Shown: positions 20,404 to 30,200 of the stretch, one piece after another
Layout of the letters: the number at the start of each line of letters is the position of its first letter
Position numbering within the stretch: the stretch's first letter is position 1
Origin: an uncultured Actinomycetes bacterium
Lineage (GTDB): Bacteria > Actinomycetota > Thermoleophilia > UBA2241
Assembly (NCBI GenBank): GCA_963751565.1
Contig: CAVVVA010000002.1
Span: forward strand, 198,904 to 262,903
DNA: 64,000 bases
Direction of reading: 5' to 3'
The notes under the pieces: model-generated
Seen by the model: only the letters and a program-made list of their open reading frames with translations
Database searches by the model: none
What the model was told of the DNA's origin: nothing
Translations under genes and position numbers: made by a program

Positions 20404-20810
20404 CTACGACAACCTGGCCTGCCTGCTGCCGCGCAGCAGCTGCGTCAACAGCTCCGCGCTTCGCTGAATGTCGATGGCGACCTGCGCCAGGTCGGTCTCG
20501 ACACCGTTGACGGTAGCGGGTTTGTATTCGATTGGGCCGCTTCCCGAGAAGTCGTCCTCAGCGATGAGAACGCCGAACGTGCGCTCGATCTCCGGCTCGA
20601 CGACTTCGTCGAGGGGATTCTTCTCCCGCTCGGTCGCATCGATGGCGACCAGCTCGCGCGCCTGCTCTTCGGTTGCCTCAGTGATGCCGATGACGATGAC
20701 CTCCCGCGGGTCGACGCCATTGAGCACGGTCAGCATCCTGTTCGAGACACCGAACCCGACCGTATGGTACCAAGCTCTGCGAAAATCATCGTAAGTCTTG
20801 CCCTCCCTCA
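20404..20810 (-). CDS. hypothetical protein
   Basis: ORF with a probable GTG start (VAQVTVAIVRRRL...); no recognised family. Confidence 0.35.
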
Positions 20811-20941
20811 ATCTGCGCCTGACGATCGCCACGGTGACCTGGGCCACTGCCCCCTCCTTGCGTCCACTAAGAATTCGTGCATCGGGACTTGACCTCGGGC
20901 TTGTCCTATCGCGAGCCTTGATGCACGACAGGCGCGTCCCC

Positions 20942-21358
20942 TCAGACCTGACCGATGGCCTCGGCCTTTCCAAAGCCCCCGCCCTTGGGTTGCTCGTGCC
21001 AGGGCACCACAAAGCATGCCACCCGCGCACTGAAGAAGCGATCGCCGAGCTTACGCTGCGCCGCCAGCAGGTCGCGCTCGATGACCTCCCGCTCGTCGTA
21101 GAAGAATCCGCCGAGCCGGCGCTGGTAGGCGAGACAATGTTGATGCGCCACCAGGTAGATCGTGTCTACTCCATGTCCCCGGACGATCGCCTCGATCCAG
21201 CCCAGGACGTGGTCTTGCTCGGCTGCCCAGTCGGTCAGCACCAGGGGACCTCCGGGCACGAGCAGCCGATCGCCGTTGTCGGCGCCGATGCGCGTCTCCA
21301 GCTCGGCAAGCGTCTGCCGCAGTCGCCCGTCCACGCAAGAGACGAGAAGGGTGTTCAC
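20942..21358 (-). CDS. small beta-carbonic-anhydrase-like protein (putative Cys-His-Cys zinc site: SCVDGRL ... HQHC)
   Basis: GTG at 21358 preceded by GGGAGG; C-x-D-x-R and H-x-H-C motifs resemble the beta-CA zinc ligands, but the protein is short (139 aa). Confidence 0.4.
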   Translation of the reverse strand: MNTLLVSCVDGRLRQTLAELETRIGADNGDRLLVPGGPLVLTDWAAEQDHVLGWIEAIVRGHGVDTIYLVAHQHCLAYQRRLGGFFYDEREVIERDLLAAQRKLGDRFFSARVACFVVPWHEQPKGGGFGKAEAIGQV

Positions 21359-21461
21359 GACACGTGCCTCCCCTCGGAGCCTCGCCACAACGCAAAGGTT
21401 TGCCGGCACCGGCGCAGGGAGTCAGCGTCGCGCTCGCGGTGGCCGGGTGCCTTGCAGGATA

Positions 21462-21664
21462 CCTTCGACCCCCACTCGCACGCCATCCCGGCGATGCAGG
21501 AGGAGGCGACGGCGATGATCGCAGGGCTGGGGGCGCCGGAGTGCAGGTTCGCCACCGAAACCGGGGAGGCGGCTGCCTCAGCGTGCAATTCCTGTTCGCG
21601 GTACCTCTGGAGTAGGGTGGTAAGCGAAAGCGACGTGCAGCCGCGTCGCAACGACGGCGCCTGA
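21462..21664 (+). pseudogene. tyrosine-recombinase 3'-end remnant C (…DTFDPHSHAIPAMQEEATAMIAGLGAPE… then an unrelated tail)
   Basis: Similarity to the consensus remnant over about 70 bp (21462-21535). Confidence 0.5.
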
Positions 21665-21674
21665 GGTACGGCCG

Positions 21675-22280
21675 GTGGACGACGATGCCAGCAACCGCCG
21701 TGAGCAGCCCTATGTGGCGCACTACGCATGGCCACCTGAGCCACGAGTCGCCTCGGACCGACAGCGCCTCGCCGCCGAAGAGCGCCAGCTCGCCCGGGAG
21801 AGCTACCTCGCCCGTTGGCGTGGCCTGTTCTACGCGCTCGGCGTGGTGCTGGTCTGTGTCTCAATCGCCGGCGGAGCCTTCGCAGTGATGGCGGTTGCCG
21901 GCGCGCTCGCTGCGCCCACGGGGGGCACCACGACGCTGGTTTTGGGGGTAACGCCTGGCGGCGGTCAGAGCAGCATCACGCTGACCGCGACGCAGGCGAT
22001 CGCTGTGGCCGTCGCCATGGTCGTCCTCGAAGCTCTCACTATCTGTGCCGCGTGGCTGCTGTTCGCGAAGCGTCTCCATGGGCGATTCTGGCTCGTCGTC
22101 ACCCTGGCCGCGCTGCTCGCGTCAGGGGCTGCAGTGTGGGCGTGGGAGACCGGCCGACACGACCTGCTCTCGCTCTACTCACCTATGGTCTACGTCTGCC
22201 CCGTCGTCGTCATCGCGGGGCTCGTCCAGCTCCTCCGGGCGCATCGTCTGCGCATGCGCTGGGGCGAGCCAGACGCCTGA
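21675..22280 (+). CDS. hypothetical membrane protein (4 TM)
   Basis: ORF with four hydrophobic helices; sole gene of the C-to-F cassette. Confidence 0.45.
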   Translation: MDDDASNRREQPYVAHYAWPPEPRVASDRQRLAAEERQLARESYLARWRGLFYALGVVLVCVSIAGGAFAVMAVAGALAAPTGGTTTLVLGVTPGGGQSSITLTATQAIAVAVAMVVLEALTICAAWLLFAKRLHGRFWLVVTLAALLASGAAVWAWETGRHDLLSLYSPMVYVCPVVVIAGLVQLLRAHRLRMRWGEPDA

Positions 22281-22350
22281 GGTTCTGCTCCGCAGTCTGA
22301 GACGCCCCGCCTTTTGCCGCTGACCCGAAAGCGCTCAGGGGTCGTTGGCA

Positions 22351-22391
22351 CCGCTGCAGGCGGCGGCGCTGATCGCTGGGCTGGTGCTCGG
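22351..22391 (+). pseudogene. tyrosine-recombinase 3'-end remnant F (about 41 bp: ccgctgcagg..cggcggcgctgatcgctgggctggtgctcg)
   Basis: Shortest copy; carries a 6-bp deletion relative to the consensus. Confidence 0.4.
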
Positions 22392-22525
22392 AGTTCCACC
22401 GACAGCATGTCCCGCCGAGCCGCATGTCGCTGGTGCCCCGCGACACTGAAAGGCTTAGGGTCTGCCCACGTCCTCGACCGCCGGCATGTCCACAGTTGAG
22501 GCACCAAGGGGGTCGCTCCCACCCT

Positions 22526-23128
22526 ATGTTCTACGTGCTCCTGATCTACCCCAACCTGGACGAGAGCCTCGTTGGCCGGTTACGACGGAAGTACGATCCC
22601 ACGACCGACGTCATCCAGCCGCATGTGGCTGTCGTCTTTCCGGTCCCGGAAAGCGTCGGGCGCGACAGTCTCATCTCCCACATAGAGGCCGTCACGGCGG
22701 ACTGGCGGCCGTTCGAGATCCGGCTTGGAGGACTCAACAAGTCGCCCGACCACTGGCTGTTCCTGACGCTCACGCAGGGATGCGAGAGCGTCAGGCGCCT
22801 CTACCGGCCGCTCCACACCGGTGTCTTGGCCGAGTTCCGCATCGCCGAGTCTTCGTTCGTGCCGCGCCTTGCTCTCGGCCTCTTCCTGAGAGAAGGCGCG
22901 ACCTACGACTGGGAGAACCCGCGCGCAGAGACCTTCGATGCCGAGACGTCCCAGGTTGCCCTCTCGGAGGCGCAGCCCCTGCTGGAGGGGTCCGCCGAGC
23001 TCGTCGACACGCTTCACCTGGTCGCCATCCCCGACGAGGTGGTCGAGTGGTTCGGCGGAGAGCGATCGACCTTCTCCCCGAACTTGCGGGCCGAGGAAGT
23101 CCGTGCGTTCCGTATCGGGCGCTCATAG
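22526..23128 (+). CDS. hypothetical protein
   Basis: ATG at 22526; no confident family assignment (two H-x-x-x dyads only weakly resemble 2H phosphoesterase motifs). Confidence 0.45.
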   Translation: MFYVLLIYPNLDESLVGRLRRKYDPTTDVIQPHVAVVFPVPESVGRDSLISHIEAVTADWRPFEIRLGGLNKSPDHWLFLTLTQGCESVRRLYRPLHTGVLAEFRIAESSFVPRLALGLFLREGATYDWENPRAETFDAETSQVALSEAQPLLEGSAELVDTLHLVAIPDEVVEWFGGERSTFSPNLRAEEVRAFRIGRS

Positions 23129-23154
23129 CCGCGCTGGTGTTCGCGGTGAAGTAG
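23117..23154 (+). pseudogene. tyrosine-recombinase 3'-end remnant G (gcgctcatagccgcgctggtgttcgcggtgaagtag)
   Basis: 36-bp match to the 3' terminus of the consensus, including the stop codon. Confidence 0.4.
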
Positions 23155-23217
23155 GGGCGTGGTCTGCGCACGCAGCCGCGTCTTGACCGAGACAGGCTGA
23201 GCGTCGCAGCTGCGCTT

Positions 23218-23382
23218 TCAGTACTTGGCCGGCCGCGGCGACGAGAAGGCGGCGGTGAGTTTCTGCTTGATCTTGTGGCTGCCGCACTTGGGGCAGACCG
23301 CCTTGGCTTCGCGCTCATCCATGTGGCAGGTGATTTCGAACTCGGTGCCGCACTTCTTGCACTTGAAGTCGTAGGCAACCAT
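23218..23382 (-). CDS. FmdB-family zinc-ribbon protein (MVAYDFKCKKCGTEFE...CPKCGSHK)
   Basis: Canonical FmdB N-terminus and two CxxC pairs; ATG start. Confidence 0.65.
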   Translation of the reverse strand: MVAYDFKCKKCGTEFEITCHMDEREAKAVCPKCGSHKIKQKLTAAFSSPRPAKY

Positions 23383-23415
23383 GGTGCCCTCCCGGTGACG
23401 GCTTCGCACTGCCCT

Positions 23416-23754
23416 CAGTCGCGCGGCCTTCGTGTGCGCCAGTGAAACAGCGCCCCGAGGACCATGCCCAGCAACAGGCCGAGGATGGCGGCAAAGAGCA
23501 CCAGCCAGACAAGCGAGACCGACGAGGTCACCGAACACCCAGCTGACCTTGACGTGGCCGGTGTTGGCCAGCACCAGGGCGATCAGAAAGACGAGCAGTA
23601 CGACCGCGAAGCCGGCATAGAGGTAGAGGCGGGCCCGATGGGCCTTGCGGGCAAAACGCGCACCGCCGGTCTCGGCGACCGTCTCTGTCGCGGCGGCGGT
23701 GCCTAGCGGATCGACCGACTCTGTCTGCTCGAAGGACCCTTCACCGGAACTCAT
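23416..23754 (-). pseudogene. LapA-domain (DUF1049-like) small membrane protein gene interrupted by a 1-nt frameshift near 23530
   Basis: 5' frame encodes ...ANTGHVKVSWVFG; the 3' part (VTSSVSLVWLVLFAAILGLLLGMVLG...RRPRD*) continues in a different frame; may be a sequencing error. Confidence 0.4.
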
Positions 23755-23805
23755 CTTGCCCCCTCTTCTGTCGGCTGACCAGGCAACCAGTCTGCGCTGG
23801 GCCCG

Positions 23806-24087
23806 CTAGCGCCCCACCCACCAGAACCACGACCTCCTTCTGCGGCCCCTGATGAGACCGTAGACGAAGAGCAGCACGACGGCTCCGGCGAACGCGACCA
23901 GGAAGCTCCTGAACGAGAACCCCGTGAGTCCCGGGCCGTGGGTGACGGCCGTCAACACCCAGCCGCCCACGACAGCGCCGAGGATGCCGACGGTGATCGT
24001 GACAACGATGCCCAGGTGGCGCTTCATGACAAAGCGTGCCGCAAAGCCGGCAAGAGCGCCGATCACGATCCACGACAGGATGCCCAT
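23806..24087 (-). CDS. GlsB/YeaQ/YmgE-family stress-response membrane protein
   Basis: MGILSWIVIGALAGFAARFVM... about 93 aa, diagnostic of the transglycosylase-associated family. Confidence 0.8.
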   Translation of the reverse strand: MGILSWIVIGALAGFAARFVMKRHLGIVVTITVGILGAVVGGWVLTAVTHGPGLTGFSFRSFLVAFAGAVVLLFVYGLIRGRRRRSWFWWVGR

Positions 24088-24269
24088 GCTTCCCCCTTGG
24101 GTGGTCATCCCTCACGGGATCGCCACCACCCACGCGTCCGGGCAGGGTGCCCAACGGCTGATGAGCGCGTACCCGTGCTTCGGGCCGGCGAAACGTGGCG
24201 TCGCGGCCCTAGCCTATCGGATCAGGGGGACCACTGGCAGCCCGCAGACCAGCACGGCGGGCCGCTTGG

Positions 24270-24722
24270 TCAGGTCGTCTGCTTCGTGTCGATCGCGCTC
24301 TCCCCACCCTTCACCTTGAGCTCGATCTGCTGCGGCACGACCTCGGCGGCCTTGGGCACGCGCACCTCAACGACGCCGTTCTCGTAGCTCGCCTCGATCG
24401 CCTCGCGCTTCACGGAGCGGGGCAGCGTGATGCTGCGCTGGAACGCTCCGTAGTGCCACTCGGTGCTCTGGTACTGCTCCTTGTCGAGCGTCCCCTCCTG
24501 GTGGCGCTCGCCCTTGATGGTGAGCACATCGTCGTCGAGCTCGATGTGCACGTCCTCGGGCTTCATGCCGGCGAGCTCCGCCTTTAACACGATGGCCTGG
24601 GGCGTGTCGAGGATGTCGACGGCCGGCATCCAGCTGCGCTCGCCGGCGGCGCCGAACATGCGGTAGAGACGGTCCTGAAGGCCCGCTACGTCCTGGAACG
24701 GTTCCCACCTGACGATTGGCAT
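24270..24722 (-). CDS. Hsp20/alpha-crystallin family small heat-shock protein
   Basis: Alpha-crystallin domain (…PAVDILDTPQAIVLKAELAGMKPEDVHIELDDDVLTIKGER…GAFQRSITLP…); RBS AGGAGG before the ATG. Confidence 0.9.
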   Translation of the reverse strand: MPIVRWEPFQDVAGLQDRLYRMFGAAGERSWMPAVDILDTPQAIVLKAELAGMKPEDVHIELDDDVLTIKGERHQEGTLDKEQYQSTEWHYGAFQRSITLPRSVKREAIEASYENGVVEVRVPKAAEVVPQQIELKVKGGESAIDTKQTT

Positions 24723-25269
24723 CTCAGATCCTCCTGCTCGCTTGGTTCTCTTGGTTCTCGCCGGTCGACGGTCGCGACGGCCGTTGCGTCAAGCAAAAGC
24801 CCGCCGCAACCTCGAGGGCGCTGACAAGCCAGCCGTGCTAAGACGTGCCTACCTTGTCGCGCTTCAGACGTGCCACGCCAGGCCTTCAATCGGTCTGTCG
24901 TGCCACGCCTTGCCATACCGATTAGCTGCAGCGGGCACTGTTAGTATCCGCGCCACGGTCGGTTTCTACACCCGTTGCCGGGCTGGCGGTCGCCTTGTGG
25001 ACCGCAGCGACTCCGGCCGATGCCACCTCGCGGCCACGATAATGCGGACTGGGTCAGGGAACACATGATCGTCAGACCTCTTCGATAGCCAGACGGCTGG
25101 GTCACGCGATTGAGCCGCTCCTTGGCGTTGCTGCAACCGGCCTGCAACCGCACACAGCATCAGTGGGTAGCGCTCAGTGATCCACGAGGACCTCGTGGTT
25201 GCGGCTTGGCTGCAGACCCGTGAAGCGAAGCCCGCTGGTGGCCTTCCGAGATGTCTCATGCGGGCGTAG

Positions 25270-25446
25270 AACCGTCTCGCGGAGAACGCCTTCGGCGAGG
25301 CTGTGGACCGCCCCCGACGGGCGGTTCAGGTTAAGCTGACCACCGCAGGCTCCGCCATGACGCTCGATCTCTACAGTCACGTGATCCCGGCGATGCAGGA
25401 AGAGGCCGCGGCATTGATAGCGGGGCTGGTGTTCGCGGAGAAGTAG
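25270..25446 (+). pseudogene. tyrosine-recombinase 3'-end remnant B (…RAVQVKLTTAGSAMTLDLYSHVIPAMQEEAAALIAGLVFAEK*)
   Basis: About 58-codon open frame after an in-frame TAG; retains the catalytic-Tyr region (LDLYSH). Confidence 0.55.
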
Positions 25447-25627
25447 CGGCCCCGGCAGCCGCGTTGCGATGGGCGGCCTCCGGGCAGGCTTCTGCGGGCT
25501 GCATAACGCCACCGCCCGTGCCCCGAAGAGCGTAGGGTCTCCACAACGTCCCGGTATGTCCGGACATTGGCTGGCCGCCGCCCGCGTTTCTCGAACTCGG
25601 GTGATTCAAGAGGGGGGAGCAAGACGG

Positions 25628-26491
25628 ATGGATGATGATCTGCAGCATCCCGAGCATACGGGCCAGGAACTCACCGTAGGAGACGTTAAGCTCTACTACG
25701 AGGTCCATGGCCTCTCCTCGGGCATGCCTCTGTTGGTCGTGAACGGTGGCCCCGGACTCGACCACAGCTACCTTGAGATCTCCGCGGTCTGGAGTGAGTT
25801 GGCGAGGCGTCGTCCCGTCGTCTTCTACGACCAGCGCGGCAACGGGCGCTCTTCGCGCCTAGCAGAAGGGCAGCCTTGTGGACTGGCAGAGCAACTCACC
25901 GACCTTGATGCTCTGCGGCAGCATCTCGGCTTCGAGCAGGTCGACCTGCTCGGCCATTCCTTCGGTGGCAACCTTGCCATGGCCTACACGGCGCGCTACC
26001 CGCAGCAGGTCCACAAGCTGATTCTCGTAGGCTCGGCTGCGCCCAAGCTGGGCGACACGGTGTTCCTCTTCGAGCACGTCTTTCCCGAAACGGTGGCGCG
26101 CGAGAATGCCCTGGCGTTTGCGGTCGAACTGGGAGACGAGGAAGCCATTCTGGCAGACAATCGGGAGTATGCTTCAATGTGCTTCTACTCGCCGCAGAAG
26201 CGTGATGCGGTCTTGTCGGTGGCAGATTCGTTTGTCTTCCGCCCCGAGATCAACAAGATGCTTTGGGCAGATACGGAGAAGTTCGACCTGGGCGCCGAAC
26301 TGGCCAAGTTCCAACTGCCCACCCTGGTTATGACGGGGCGCTATGACGCCGACGTCGCCCCGGCTGTCTCCTTCAAGATCCACCAGGCCATCGCGGGCTC
26401 GCGCTTTGTGGTCTTCGAACAGAGTGGCCATTGTCCGTTCTTTGAAGAACCGCAGATGTTCCTGGAGGTGGTGGAGTCGTTTCTCGCCTGA
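25628..26491 (+). CDS. alpha/beta-hydrolase fold protein (proline-iminopeptidase-like)
   Basis: ATG at 25628 after an AGGGGGGA RBS; GHSFGG nucleophile elbow; C-terminal SGHCPF block. Confidence 0.8.
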   Translation: MDDDLQHPEHTGQELTVGDVKLYYEVHGLSSGMPLLVVNGGPGLDHSYLEISAVWSELARRRPVVFYDQRGNGRSSRLAEGQPCGLAEQLTDLDALRQHLGFEQVDLLGHSFGGNLAMAYTARYPQQVHKLILVGSAAPKLGDTVFLFEHVFPETVARENALAFAVELGDEEAILADNREYASMCFYSPQKRDAVLSVADSFVFRPEINKMLWADTEKFDLGAELAKFQLPTLVMTGRYDADVAPAVSFKIHQAIAGSRFVVFEQSGHCPFFEEPQMFLEVVESFLA

Positions 26492-26498
26492 CGGCTAA

Positions 26499-26595
26499 GT
26501 CTCGATCGCGCTCGACACCTGCTCGCACGCCGTTCCGGCGACGCAAAGAAGAAGCTGCGGCGCTGGTCGCGGGGCTGGTGTTCGCGGCGAAGCAG
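26499..26595 (+). pseudogene. tyrosine-recombinase 3'-end remnant D (…SIALDTCSHAVPATQ… then a 1-bp deletion, then …LVAGLVFAAK)
   Basis: Begins right after an in-frame TAA; catalytic Tyr replaced (TCS); internal frameshift relative to copy A. Confidence 0.5.
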
Positions 26596-26604
26596 AGGGC
26601 CGCG

Positions 26605-26892
26605 CTAGGCTTCCGAGTTCAGCGCCGACTCGAGGACGGACACTCGCGGCGTGGCCACGTTGCTTGTAGACCACTGCATCGCCTCCTCGAGCTCCAGCGA
26701 GTCGGCAAACTCGTTGGCTTTCTCCACGCTGTCCCACTCGAGCAGCACGACGAGCTTGTTCGGCTCGTTGGCCGTGCGATAGACCCACCCGCCCTGGGAC
26801 CCGCCTCTTCGGCGACGCTCGAGGTCGTCCATATACACAGCCTTGAAGGTCTCCCAATCCGCAACGTCGTGTTCGATGAGCACGTACGGCAC
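26605..26892 (-). CDS. small ABM/Dabb-like (ferredoxin-like fold) protein, putative
   Basis: GTG start preceded by AAGGAG at optimal spacing (VPYVLIEHDVADWETFKAV...); the family call is tentative. Confidence 0.4.
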   Translation of the reverse strand: MPYVLIEHDVADWETFKAVYMDDLERRRRGGSQGGWVYRTANEPNKLVVLLEWDSVEKANEFADSLELEEAMQWSTSNVATPRVSVLESALNSEA

Positions 26893-27064
26893 GTCCGGCT
26901 CCTTTCGCTGCCCCACGAGGCGACCTGCCCCGCGCCAACCATCTTAGTCTCCGCCGAGGATGCACGTCGCGTCGCGGAGCAGGCTCTCTCCAGACCGGGG
27001 GCGGTCGGCGTGGCGCCGAGTTGCGGGATGAGGACCGCGGAGTGGCCCGCGGGGGAGTCGCGGA

Positions 27065-27246
27065 ACATGCCCTTGACCCATAAGACTGTCGTGGCACCGC
27101 AGGGCAGCGCCCACCAGAAAGTCGTCCAAGAGCGCCTTGGGCATTCGACCATCGCTATCACGCTGGACATTTACAGTCACGCCATTCCAGCGATGCAGGA
27201 GGAGGCCGCCGCGCTGATCGCGGGGCTGGTGTTCGCGCAACGGTAG
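27065..27246 (+). pseudogene. tyrosine-recombinase 3'-end remnant A (MPLTHKTVVAPQGSAHQKVVQERLGHSTIAITLDIYSHAIPAMQEEAAALIAGLVFAQR*), the best-preserved copy
   Basis: Contains the conserved C-terminal box of tyrosine recombinases (LGHSxIxxTxxxYxH with catalytic Tyr) but lacks everything upstream. Confidence 0.6.
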
Positions 27247-27257
27247 GGTGGGCCTTG

Positions 27258-30200
27258 TCAGTCTGAGTCGGCCGCGATTCGCTCCATTAACTCACCGGTC
27301 TCGGCGATCGCCGGCTTGGCGCCAAGCCGCGCGAAGATCTCGCGGGCCGCAGCAAGAGGCGCTGCCGCCTCCGCCCCTCTGCCCAGTGCCACCAGACAGC
27401 GCCCCTGGCCGAGCAGCGCCTGGGCCTCTTCATAGGGCATGCCGAACTCACACCAGCCGGCGGCGGCGGTGGCCAAGCCGGCCAGCGCCGCCTCGTGCTC
27501 GCCGCGCGACTCGGCGAGCAGAGCGCCCACGGTCGTCAGAACATGTCGATGCAGCGGCAGGCTCTCCCTGGCCGCAAAGGACTCGACCGTCGCCACCATC
27601 TGCGCGGCCAGGGGGGCATCATCACAGGCGAGGGCCAGCCGCAACGCTTCCGGGAAAAGCTCCTCGTCAGCTACACCCATATCGACCATCCCCGGCACCC
27701 ACTCGTTGAGCAGCGCCAGAGCGGCGTCGCTCTCACCGAGACGCAGATGCACCGCCGAGGCCGCCAGCAGGGCCCCGCCGCGCAGCTGGATGGCCTCGCT
27801 CTCGCGACCCTGCTGCGCCAGCCAGGCCAGCAACGGCGCCGCTTCGAGCGGCTCGCCGCGGCAGGCGAAGATGAGCGCCCGCTGCGTTCGCAGATAGACC
27901 AGATTATAGGCGTCCTCGAGCTCTTCCAGGCTCGGCGCCAGCTCGCCAGCCTCGGCCAGCGCCCGATCCCACTCGCCTACGCGGCGCAGGCTCTCCACCA
28001 GCTGCGCACGGAACAAGAGCTCCGTGAGTTCGTTCCCGCAGCGGCGGGTAAACTCGAGCCCCTCGTCTATGACATCCAGGGTCGCAGGGGCCCCTCTGGT
28101 GAGCATGACCGGATACACGTAGTTGTTCTCGATCATGGCCCGCTCGAATCCGAGCCCCTGAGCCCGCGCCGCTGCCAAGGCGCGTTCTTGGTCCTCCAGG
28201 CCGCCGAGGTCACCGAGTTCGAGGCGCGCCAGGCCGCGGTAGCTCAGCGCCCAGGCGGGCTCGGGCAGCGCAAGCTGCTCACAGATCGCGCTGGCCCGCG
28301 TCGCCGCCGCGATCGCCGACTGGTAGTCTGCCTGCGCCTCGTAGAGACCATGGGCGTAGCCGGTGAACACCCAGGCCTGTTCCGCTGACGGCCCGTCGTT
28401 TGCCAAGAGGGCCACTGCCGCCCGGTGCAGGTCTGCAGACGGTTCGCCGAACCTCAAGTGATCGAGGGCGAGCCAGGTCATCGCCGCCGCTGCCGCGCGG
28501 ATGTCGCCGCACGCCTGCAGACCGGCGATGGCCTCCTCCATGGCGGCGGACGCCTCGCGGTGGCCGCTTCTGTGCATGTTTACAGCCAAGCCCCAGCGTG
28601 GCAGGAGCCGCGGCCTCTCACTGCTGTCTGTGCCGGCCAACTCCAGGGCACGGGCGAAGTAGCGTTCGGCCGCCGCCCCATCGAGGCGCAGCGCCCGCTC
28701 GCCGGCGTGCCCAAGATGCCGGATGGTCGGCGCCACCAGCGAGGAAGCCAGCTCCTCATCGCCGAGCGCCCGGGCCAGGTCGAGGGCCGTCGCGTAGTGG
28801 TGGGCGAGCACCTCGGCGAGCTCCTCGGCCCGCTCGCCGGCCTTGGCCTCGATCCAGGCGGCCGCGGCCGCGTGCTTGTGAGCCCGTACGGCGCGGGGCA
28901 GCTCGCCATAGGCGACGTCGCGCGCCAGCGTATGGCCGAAGACGAACTCGTTCTCGCCGGCCAGCGACGACTGCCGCACGCGCCGCACAAGGTGCTTGGT
29001 GACCAGCTCGCGCAGGGCCCCGTCCACGTCTGTGGCGGCGCCTTGCCCGAGGGCGGCCACGGCGCCGTTCCAGAAGACGTCGCCGAGCACGGCGGCGTCG
29101 CCGAGGACGGCCTTCTGCTCGGCTGGCAGCGCGTCAAGACGCGCCGCCACCACGGCCTGTATCGAGGCCGGCAGCGGCGCGCCCTGCACCTGGTCGTTAA
29201 GCAGGCGCGCCGACTCCTCGGCAAAGAAGGGGTTGCCTTCGCAGTGCGCGACGATATCGGCGGCCCGCTGGCCGAGGGCCTCGGCGTCACCGACCAGTTC
29301 GTTCACCAGGCGCTCGGTCTCGGTGTGTGTCAGCGGCTCTAAGGAGATGCGGTTGAGCTGCGTGCTGCCGGCGGCGAAGGTGGGATGCCCTTCGAAGAGT
29401 TCCGGGCGTGCTGTGCCGAGCATGACTAAAGGCACGCGGTCGATATGCGTGGCGAGATGTTCGACGAAGGCCAGCAGACCCTCGTCGGCCCAGTGCAGGT
29501 CCTCGAGCACCACAACCAGCGGCTCGCGGAGCGCCAGCTGCTCGAGGAATCCCAGCCAGGCCGCGAAGTTCTCCTCGCGGCCGGCCTGCGGCGCCTCCAG
29601 ACCGAGCAGGGCGCGCAGCCTTTGGCGGAACCATTCACGGTCAGGACCGCCGGGCAGCACCGGGCCGAGCTTCTCGTCGACTGCGGCGGGCGTGTCGCTG
29701 TCCAGGATGGCGGCATGGGCCTTGACGATCTCGGCCAGCGCCCAGAAGGTCACGCCCTCGCCGTAGGGCAGACAGCGGCCCTGGCGCCAGGTGACCATGG
29801 CGGGACTGGCATCGACGTAGGCAAGCAGCTCGACAAGCAGACGGCTCTTGCCGATGCCGGGCTCGCCGACGATCAGAGCGAACTGCGGCGCCGCGGCGGC
29901 CAGTGCCTTGTCGAAGAGTGCCATGAGGTAGGCGAGCTCCACCTCACGGTCCACCAGCGGCGTGAGGCGACCCTTCTCGGCCACGCTGCCCAGGCGCGCC
30001 AGCGGCGCCTTGGCGAGCCAGAGCGCCAGCGGCTCGCTCTTGCCCTTGGCCTCAACCGGCGCCAGCTCCTCACAGGTAAAAGCCCGGCCGGCAAGGCCGA
30101 AGGTGCTCTGCCCCATGACGACGCCGCCCGGCGGCGCGGCGGCCTGGAGACGCGCTGCCGTGTTCACGGCGTCGCCGGTCAGAAAGCCGCGGCCAGAGAG

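Noticed and set aside
22526-23128. 2H phosphoesterase (LigT-like) assignment for the F-to-G cassette gene
   Set aside because: The two candidate motifs read H-V-A-V and H-L-V-A rather than H-x-[TS]-x, so it is left as hypothetical.
24723-25269. About 550-bp stretch without recognisable ORF between Hsp20 and remnant B, as a possible ncRNA gene
   Set aside because: It holds only small ORFs of no known family and a few short palindromes (for example CCACGAGGACCTCGTGG). It is probably the Hsp20 promoter region plus decayed sequence upstream of the recombinase remnant. There is no structural evidence for a defined RNA family.
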